This document shows, in pieces, positions 61,701-64,000 of a stretch of DNA of 64,000 nucleotides. Location: positions 1 through 64,000 of IMG/VR virus record IMGVR_UViG_2595698964_000001. One strand, 5' to 3'. This DNA is from a virus (lineage: Duplodnaviria > Caudoviricetes). Made by a program: the position numbers and the translations under genes. Each line of letters starts with the position of its first letter. Position 1 is the stretch's first letter. Below the pieces are notes generated by a model that was not told the DNA's origin, did not search any database, and was given only the letters and a program-made list of their open reading frames with translations.

Positions 61701-63464
61701 TTGATTGATTTGGGATTTTTTGACCGGATTTCAGGAGCGTACCAATCTATGCGAGGGTTGGTCGCATCCCCTCTTACTAAGTCATTCGCAGAAGAGATAC
61801 AAGAATCTAACTTACTAACTCAAGTTGACTTGAATCCTGAACAGCGTCTTGGTCCAAGCCATGAGGCGTTAGCTAAGTCGATTGCAGCACAGAAGACAAA
61901 GGCTCAGTTGGAAGACCCTTTTGGAATTACAGAGGCTATGGGTTACAAAGATAAGCCGTTTTCGTTATCATATGACATCCTCCGTCGGATGGCCAATAAA
62001 GACGCGGTAATTGCCTCGATTATTACAACTCGAGTGAACCAGGTGTCTACGTTCACGACCCCTGCACGTTTCAGCCGCAGCGGTATGGGTTACGAGATAC
62101 GACTCCGAGACCCGAATGAAGAGGTAACAGAAAAGGATTTAGAGACGATAACAGCCATTGAGAAGTTTCTTGAAAACACTGGATTCGATAATGACAACGA
62201 AAGAGACGACTTTGATACTTTTGTCCGTAAGATAACAAGAGACAGACTAACCTTTGACCAAGTAGCTATCGAAACAGTACCGGATAGAAAGGGGCGTCCT
62301 GCCGAGTTTTACGCAGTGGACGCGGCAACTATTCGCGTAGCATCAGAAAAGATTAGAGAAGACAACTCTTTGAACATCAAAGACAAAGACAAAATTAGAT
62401 ATGTTCAGGTTTTAAACGGGGAGATACAAGCTTACTTTACATCTTCTGAGTTAGGATTCGCTGTCTCTAACCCGAGGACTGATATTGGCGTAGCTCCTTA
62501 TGGTTTCAGTGAGCTGGAGATGCTTATTCACCAAGTTACTGCTCATCTCTGGGCTGAAGAATACAACTCTAGGTTCTTCTCTCAAGGTGGAACGACAAAG
62601 GGGATTATAAACCTTAAAAACGAAGGAAACGACCCTATAGACGCTGGAATGTTGGAATCATTTAAGCGCCAATGGAGAAGTCAAGTAAGCGGCATGACTG
62701 GTGCTTGGAAGACTCCAGTATTATCAGTTTCCGGATTAGAATACATTGACGTGTCTCAATCTAACCGAGAGATGGAATTTGAAAAATGGATGAACTATCT
62801 TATTAATATTGCTTGTGCGGTTTACCAGATTGACCCGTCTGAAATCAACTTTCCTAACCGAGGAGGCGCGGGTAATACTGGTGGTGGAGGTCTTGGAAAC
62901 GGCGGTATTAAAGACCGACTTTCTCACTCTAAGGACAAAGGTTTACGTCCATTGTTACGATTCATTGAGATGGTTATAAACAAGTTTATTGTATCTAAGT
63001 TTGACGAGCGTTATGTGTTTACCTTTGTCGGTATTGATGCGAAGTCTGACTCAGAGCTTATTGAACTTCAAAAATCTCAGGTAGAAACATTCAAGACACT
63101 TAATGAAATCCGTAAGGAGAATGGTCAAGAGCCCCTACCTCACGGAGACGTTGTACTTAATAGCAACTATATTAATTACCTACAGAGTTTGAATACATCG
63201 ACAACCGAGGATGAAGATCAACAGCAGGAAGTTTCGAACGAAGAGCAGCTCAACGAGGACGACGAGAACAAAGAGAAAAAGCCTAAAAAAGACAACGAAG
63301 ACAAGAAAGAGGATAAGGACAACGACAACGACAAAGATTCAAAGAAACAAAAGAAAGACAGCAAAGTTGACCCTGACGATGTAAGCGACGACGAAAACAA
63401 AGATACTAGTTCAAAAGACGTTTCAAAGTCCGAGACTAAGTTCTTAAGAATTGAGATTGAATAA
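61701..63464 (+). CDS. Portal protein
   Basis: IITTRVNQV, FYAVDAATIR, YGFSELE, RFFSQGGTTKGI, EMEFEKWMNYLINIACAVYQIDPSEINF and SKDKGLRPLL are Herelleviridae-type portal motifs. Confidence 0.92.
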   Translation: MIDLGFFDRISGAYQSMRGLVASPLTKSFAEEIQESNLLTQVDLNPEQRLGPSHEALAKSIAAQKTKAQLEDPFGITEAMGYKDKPFSLSYDILRRMANKDAVIASIITTRVNQVSTFTTPARFSRSGMGYEIRLRDPNEEVTEKDLETITAIEKFLENTGFDNDNERDDFDTFVRKITRDRLTFDQVAIETVPDRKGRPAEFYAVDAATIRVASEKIREDNSLNIKDKDKIRYVQVLNGEIQAYFTSSELGFAVSNPRTDIGVAPYGFSELEMLIHQVTAHLWAEEYNSRFFSQGGTTKGIINLKNEGNDPIDAGMLESFKRQWRSQVSGMTGAWKTPVLSVSGLEYIDVSQSNREMEFEKWMNYLINIACAVYQIDPSEINFPNRGGAGNTGGGGLGNGGIKDRLSHSKDKGLRPLLRFIEMVINKFIVSKFDERYVFTFVGIDAKSDSELIELQKSQVETFKTLNEIRKENGQEPLPHGDVVLNSNYINYLQSLNTSTTEDEDQQQEVSNEEQLNEDDENKEKKPKKDNEDKKEDKDNDNDKDSKKQKKDSKVDPDDVSDDENKDTSSKDVSKSETKFLRIEIE

Positions 63465-63558
63465 AATCTCAATTTTTTCAAAAATAAAATAAATATCATG
63501 TGTAACATATATTGTCTACAGGTTTGAAACAACGAGTCATCGGCAGGAGGTGATTAAA

Positions 63559-64000
63559 TTGCCTGAAGAAAAGTTGAAATTTTTTGTAGAAGCTGACGTT
63601 GATTTAAAAAAGTCTGAAGAGGAAGGCGATTGGTATATACGTGGTTACGGGTCAACTGAAAATGAAGACCGTCAGGGAGAATGTATGATTCAAAAAGGAT
63701 TAGACATTAGTGACTTCCTGAAATGTGGATTTCTGAACTACGACCATGATAACTCTCAGATTCTTGGTTACCCAACAGAGAACACTCATATTGACGACCG
63801 AGGGCTTTGGATTGAAGGCGTTCTTCTAAAAGATGTCCCACTAGCACAAAGAATGTGGAATCTGGCGAAGTCTCTTAAAAAGTCAAATGCACCTCGTAAA
63901 CTAGGATTCTCTATTGAAGGGAAGGTGCTAGAGCGTAAGGGAAACCGGATTGTAAAAGCGAAGGTTTATCATTGCGCAATTACACCTACTCCTGCAAACA
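63559..64000 (+). CDS. Prohead protease (3' truncated by window edge; absent from the ORF track)
   Basis: TTG after GGAGGTG. Translates MPEEKLKFF...IRGYGSTENEDRQGE...GFLNYDH...LGFSIEGKV...CAITPTPAN; located after portal. Confidence 0.88.
   Translation, partial: MPEEKLKFFVEADVDLKKSEEEGDWYIRGYGSTENEDRQGECMIQKGLDISDFLKCGFLNYDHDNSQILGYPTENTHIDDRGLWIEGVLLKDVPLAQRMWNLAKSLKKSNAPRKLGFSIEGKVLERKGNRIVKAKVYHCAITPTPAN

Noticed and set aside
63190-63440. GACAAC/GACAAA-type repeats at the portal 3' end
   Set aside because: Simply encode a low-complexity D/E/K/N tail.
25391-63515. Possible late-promoter core TATAT(T/A/G) upstream of levanase, beta-helix, holin, 56769, 60837 and protease genes
   Set aside because: Too short and AT-rich to distinguish from background by eye; needs motif statistics.

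Overview
64 kb of a large lytic Bacillus-type bacteriophage genome (SPO1/SP10-like myovirus architecture; taxonomy inferred from protein families, not searched). About 1-24 kb is a dense plus-strand run of small hypothetical genes, including a Tad2/DUF2829 anti-Thoeris candidate, YopX, a P22 gp17-like protein and many Zn-ribbons. About 24-47 kb is a mosaic of single genes and short operons in both orientations: GH32 levanase, tail-fibre-like protein, beta-helix depolymerase, NucB DNase, RtcB RNA ligase, dCMP deaminase, two AP2-like proteins and a Nudix-like protein. About 47-64 kb holds terminase, a sporulation-type sigma factor, SNF2 helicase, a SpoIIID-like regulator, holin, endolysin, Fpg glycosylase, a 3D-domain protein, PhoH, minor head protein, portal and the start of the prohead protease. 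The strongest unexplained structure is non-coding. (i) A family of at least 9 dispersed ~75-90 bp gene headers combines a sigma-A promoter whose -35 lies inside a CACTT-gct-AAGTG palindrome with a conserved ACTGAGTT box fused to the Shine-Dalgarno. (ii) A second class of at least 13 motifs, GGAG-N19-CTTTATT, resembles SPO1 middle promoters and lies back-to-back with a sigma-A promoter at three loci. No tRNA, rRNA, CRISPR array or intact mobile element was recognised.
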